From: Felis catus
Taxonomy: Eukaryota
NCBI RefSeq assembly: GCF_018350175.1
Contig: NC_058368.1
Location: 83,020,001 to 83,084,000, forward strand
Length of the DNA stretch: 64,000 nucleotides
Reading direction: 5' to 3'
The notes beneath the pieces were generated by a model. It was not told where the DNA came from and searched no databases. It saw only the letters and a program-made list of their open reading frames with translations. Positions 58,617-64,000 of this stretch are shown here, in pieces (the stretch's first letter is position 1; the number at the start of each line of letters is the position of its first letter). The position numbers and the translations under genes are program-made.

Positions 58617-61010
58617 CACATATGTTGCAAAAACTCATGAAATTCACCTCCTCTAGTTTCCCAAGATAATGGCTTCGGAAAAAAATGATCTCCTTGTGCA
58701 CGTCTCTGTGTACTGCTCTCTTTCTCTCACCCACCTCTGTGGCCATGACTCCCTGTCCTCCCTAGTTCCTGTGATCTGTTTCTCCCCTAAACTTGGTCTC
58801 CACACTTCCTACCCTCTTTGGTGTGATCTCTTCTCTCCCTGTAGTTGTGAAGTTTGTTTTTTCAGTCTTCAGGGCTACTTTTGATATATGTGGGATGATT
58901 TAATAGGTACCTACTTGTGTTTATGGTATGACACCAGCTATGTGTCCTCCTAGTCCATCACCATCTTCTGTATCCCTTATGATCATTTTAATAGATGGAG
59001 ACAAATAGTTTGAAAAAACAACTTAACATTTGTTTGTGATTAAAAACTCTTAATAATTAAGTATAGAAATAATTAATATCTCAAAATAATGAAGACCATA
59101 TATGACAAGCCCAAAACTAACATCATACTCAATGATCAACAACTGGAAACTTTTCTTTATGATCAAGGGTAAGACAAGAGTGCATACTCTCATTGATCCT
59201 ATTCAGTATTTTTACTGAAGTCCTTGTCTGAGTAATCAGACAAGAGACATAAATAAATGCATCCTAATTTGAAAAGGAGTAAAATTGTCTCTATATGAAA
59301 ATGACATGTTTTTATTTACATAGAAAATCCTTAATACTCCACGAAAAAAAAACCTCTTAAGTGTAATCAATGATTTCGGTAATGGTGCTGCATACAAATC
59401 AATATACAACATTTAGTAGTACATCTCCACACTTATAACAAATTATCTGAAAAAAAGCAATAAATAAAAGCATACAATTTACAAAAAAATAAAAATAAAA
59501 TACTTAAAAGTAAACTTAACCAAAGGAGCAAAAGATCTTTACCTTGAAAACTACATTATACAAGTTGCAAAATTTAAGATAGATAAGTGGATATATAACT
59601 CATTTTCAAGAATTGGAAAAATTAATATTGTTAAAATGTCAATACTATCAAAAGCCATCTATAGATTCAATGAAATCCCTGTCAAGATTTTAATGGCACA
59701 CTTTGCAGAATAGAAAAAATAATCTAAAAATTTATGTAGAGCACAAAATACCTGAAGTAGCCAAAGCTATCCTGAGAACAAAGATGAGGCACCATACTTC
59801 CTCATTTCAAGATATATTATAAATCATGCTAAAGAGTATTGTCTTATTGTAAAAACAGACAAATAGATCAATGCAATAGAATTAAGAGCTCAGAAATAAA
59901 CCCAAGTATATACCTTCACCTAATGATTGACAAAAAAGTCAAGAATACTCAATGGAAAAAGACAATACCTTCAACAAATGTTGGTGGGAATATTGGATAT
60001 TCACATATATAAGAATAAAATTAAACTATCTTATACCACTTACCAAAATTAACATGTAAAGAATTAAAAATTAAATCTAAAACCTCATATCATGAAGCCC
60101 CTGAAGGAAAATACAGAAAAATAAACCTCTTTAACTTGACTTTTAGATATGATATTTTTGGATGTAACACGTAAAGCTTAATGACCAAAAATTTTAAATA
60201 TGAGATCATATCAAAGTAAAAGGCTTCCACAAAACAACATGAGTAAACACAAAGTTAAAAGCCAACCTACACAATATGAAATCTATTTTTTTCATGCCGT
60301 ATTTCTGATAAGGGTTGAGTATCCACCATATATGCAAAAAAATAACTTCATACAACTTAATCACTAAATATATTTCAATAAAAAATAAGCAAATTACCTG
60401 ATTATAAATTTTTCCAAAGAATATATATTAATTACCAATGGATATATGAAAAGATAGCATCAGCAGTATTTAAGAATAGGGAAATTATAACCACCATGAC
60501 ATTTCACCTCAAACCTATTAGGTCATCATCAAAAGACAAGAAATGATAAAAAGTGGCATGAGTGTGAAAAGAGGGGAATTTTGGTGGGGTTGTAAGCTGG
60601 TAAAGACACTGTGTAAAATAATGTAGAGGAACTTCAACAAATTAAAAAATAATAGAAGTACCATGTGTTACAGTATTTCTGCTTCTGAGAATATACCCAG
60701 AGAAAATGAAAATGGTAATTTAAAAATGTATCTGCAACCCTATAATTATAGCAGCATTATGCACAATATATAAGACATGGAAACAATGTAAATGTCCACG
60801 GATAGATGAATTGATAAAACTGTTGTGTTGTGTATATATCTATTGAAATATTTTTCACCCATAATATGATGATGAAATTCTTTCATTTGTTACAGCACAA
60901 ATGGAATTTGAGGACATCATTTATGTAAAACAATTAAGAAAAACAAAGTAATATTGTATGACTTCCCTTGTATGTGAACCAATACACACACTCTTAGAAA
61001 AGAGATCAGA

Positions 61011-61254
61011 CTCATATGAGGACTTTAAGAGACAAAACAGATGAACATAAGAGAAGGGAAACAAAAAAATATAAAAACAGGGAGGGAGACAAAACATAAG
61101 AGGCTCACAAATATGGGAACAAACAGAAGGTTACTGGAGAGGGTGTGAGAGGGGCGATGGGCTAAATGGGTAAGGGGCATTAAGGAATCTACTCCTGAAA
61201 TCATTGTTGCACTATATGCTAATTTGGGTATAAATTAAAAAAATAAAATAAAAT
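61011..61254 (+). mobile_element. Short LINE-1 3' end with TSD
   Basis: TSD AAAGAGAT(C/T)AGA at 60999-61010 and 61255-61266. Same 3'UTR type as 38105-38345. Confidence 0.93.
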
Positions 61255-63509
61255 AAAGAGATTAGATATTTTTTTTCCAAATAAATATTAGGAATGCAAT
61301 GTAATACATAATGACTGTAGTAAAAACTGTTGTACTGCTATGGCTATATATGAAAGTTAAGATGATAAAAAAGACAAAGAAAATTAAATGGGTGGATCCT
61401 AAGAATTCTCATCACAAGAAAAAAATAAGTCTTTTCTTTTGGTTTTTCTTTATTTCAATTTATACAAAAAGATAAATGTTAACTCAAATTTGTGGTAATT
61501 ATTACACAATATGTATGACTGAAATAACTATGCTGTACTTTTTAAACTTGTACAGTGCTGAGTTTGAATTGCGTCTCAGTAAACCTGAGGGGGGAAAAAT
61601 GATGATGAATGAAATAAAAATAAAATGTTCTCAACATGGAAAAAAAGAAAGAAAAAGACTTGCTAGTTCTTGCTAAATAGGTTCAATGGGCATAATGTCA
61701 TCAATAAGTGGAGCATTGTGAGGATTTGTGCAGTATCAAAACAACAAAGATTTCAATGGGCAATGTTCTGGCAAAGAACTGATGCAGCCCTGAAGCAAAA
61801 CTGTAAAGGTACATTGTTGACCAAAACAGGCAAAAACAAACTGTTTCAGGCGGTATTTACAAAGTAGTATAGGAAGAAAAAAAGCATGCTAATAGATGTA
61901 TACTAAATACCAGGAGTTGTGCTAATTGTCTCCAGCAGAGATGATATATCAGGACAGAAGCTATAATTAGATTTATCCTTTGATTAATTTTCTGATAATA
62001 CATAGTTATACTCTGAGATTCATCTGAGTCTGTACAGGCCAAACTAATGAATTACATGGGAATCTAGTAGTTATCACTAATTTGCATTTTTCATGTTTTG
62101 ATGATGGTATTAATTTCTGCACTTCCCTCGGGGATGTAGTATTGTTTCTGTTTTACCATATGGGCTAAATTGGATAAAATGAAGCCTTTCACATTGCTCT
62201 TTTAACCATAATATCCTCATCCTATAGATTAAATATTGATCTAGTGATTCTCCTGGTTGTCAAGTATATTTATTCCAATTATACATTCAGTACTGAAGGA
62301 ACAACAGGAAGTATAGGTCATGGCCCCAAGAACACCATAAGCCTTACTTTGACTTGCCAACCATATTGGTATTTGAGGTCGTTAGAAATCAGAATTATTT
62401 GGAACCAATGTTTAGTAATCTTGAAAGGGTTGAGACTTCATTTTTTTATGTATAGTCACTTCAGACCAAACGGGGAATGGTTGAATTAAGATAGCATTGA
62501 GCCCATATAAATTAATTTAGTTATATCTAGTGTCATATTTTCCCCTCTTTTGTGTAGTATCTAGAGAATATAGGGCAAGCATGTCCTCCTGGAGTCTATC
62601 AATATATAATAGCTAGATCTTGCAATTTTTTTTGTTATATAAATGTTTTTTTTCTTGGATCAGAATGTGAACCCAACTTCTTAGAATGTGATTGGTCTGA
62701 CCCTCTGGTCCATAGGCAACTCCTTCCACCCTATATCAGGGCTTACAGAGAAAATATGGATAGGCACCAGCATCCAGGATACACAGGGATCTGCTTTCCA
62801 TTGTAAGAGGGTAGGGAATATTAGTGCCAAGCCAAAGTTCTAAGATAATCAATGAACAAGATTGGAGACTTTTAAGATATAAGAAAACATAGAAGGAAGA
62901 AGGAAGAAAACAGGAAGAATTGTCAGTTTCCACATATAGTACAGTGCATTTGTTTGTTTTGGTTGTTTGAAAAAAAGGGACAAGAAAAAAATGAAAAAAA
63001 TCTATACACAATGTTAAGTATTCCTTGGCAATCATAGCATAGGTTGAACGTGATTAAAGGATGTTAACCCACAAAAGACATAAAAAATTGGGAATGCTTA
63101 TATATATAAGGTCCATTGTAGACTTTTCTATAAATATACTGCAGACTCACCAAAGACAATTTGGTTAAGCAGACAGAATAAACAGATAATTCAGGATCTC
63201 TTCTTCCATGACAAAACATTAGAAACAAGAGCAAAGATATGTGAAAAGTCCTCAATTTTGTTCAAAATCTATGTGGTTACCATAATTGACTAGGAGTTAT
63301 GAAGATTCACTGAAAGGAAGAAGCTGACATGAAATATATGAGAAAATATGTCCATCTATGATGATCCAGAATAAAAAAAAATACACATTAGTATATGAGT
63401 GTAATTGGATTTCTCATGGAAACAGAATCCCTCAAAATCCTGAAAATAATCCAACTAGGCATTACAGAAGCCCAATTAACTCTTAACATTATTTTAAAAA
63501 GACAGTGTA

Positions 63510-63673
63510 GGGGTGCCTGGGTGGCTCAGTTGGTTGAGTGTCCAGCTTTGGATCAGGTCATGGTTTCACGGTTCATGAGTTTGAGTCCCACAAATGGGCT
63601 CTGTGTTGACACCTCAGAGCCTGGATTTGCATTCTGTGTCTCTCTCTCCTGCCTTTCCCCTGCTTGCACTCTA
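63510..63673 (+). mobile_element. Can-SINE lacking its tail
   Basis: Consensus head and body. Breaks off after TGCTTGCACTCT. Confidence 0.92.
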
Positions 63674-64000
63674 TATTGAACATTGTATAAATTTAAAAAT
63701 CCCAGTGTATGAAATCTTCACCTAAAATGACTCTAAAGTGACTGCATTAAGTTTTGGGTTTACCACATGGTGAAAGAAGCTTTGTTTGTTACCCAGATAT
63801 AAGTCACAACATTCCTGATAATTTTAAATCAACCTATAGTGTCCTTATTCAAGAAAAGGTCATAACTGTAAGGTCATAAACTGTATTTAATCATAATGTA
63901 ATTAAATATAGAATAATAACAACAATTTGAAACAGTTTTATTTAAAATCAAGGATTTGTGTGTTGCCCATGAATGTGTTATTCCAAAAATGTGCTGCACA

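Larger units (their letters stand above)
54010..58970 (-). mobile_element. Older carnivore LINE-1, lacking its 3'UTR and with an internal deletion
   Basis: ORF2 fragments (54840..55061, 55745..56008, 56738..56980), ORF1 remnant near 57300-57700, and a 5'UTR ending CCATCTT near 58967. Confidence 0.9.
36690..61600 (+). mobile_element. Ancient near-full-length L1 (L1MB-like 3' end) in collinear pieces: about 36690-37949, 38725-38857, 44754-46577, 53752-54008, 58975-61600
   Basis: Pieces follow the order 5'UTR, ORF1, EN, RT, C-terminus, 3'UTR and resume across TSDs. The terminus CTATGCTGTACTTTTTAAACTTGTACAGTGCTG..TCTCAGTAAA resembles recalled L1MB ends. Confidence 0.82.

Noticed and set aside
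1..64000. A novel multi-gene system, such as an RT/endonuclease defence system or a CRISPR-like array
   Set aside because: All RT and endonuclease motifs belong to ordinary broken LINE-1 ORF2 copies. There is no regularly spaced repeat-spacer array, and the DNA is mammalian.

Overview
This is mammalian genomic DNA, almost certainly from the cat family (Felidae), judged from the tRNA-derived Can-SINEs with (CT)n tracts and the carnivore-type LINE-1 ends. By eye, roughly 80% of the window is interspersed repeat: many LINE-1 copies of several ages, about 20 Can-SINEs, and a few ancient elements (L1MC-like, LTR16-like, MER33-like, MER53-like, MER21-like). I find no host protein-coding gene, no intact L1 ORF1/ORF2 pair, no RNA gene and no CRISPR array. 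The long ORFs in the track are L1 fragments or antisense shadows of them. I cannot support a new biological system here. The real interest is retrotransposition history readable from junctions: (1) one ancient L1 stretched over about 25 kb (36.7-61.6 kb) by nested insertions; (2) a probable 5' transduction of an LTR fragment by a full-length L1; (3) two clear 3' transductions and a possible third; (4) a twin-priming inversion; (5) an L1 whose 5' end joins at the homologous position of the L1 it invaded; (6) 5'UTR replacement between related L1s. Repeat family names come from recalled consensus motifs, not from a search. Boundaries without a stated target-site duplication (TSD) are approximate.
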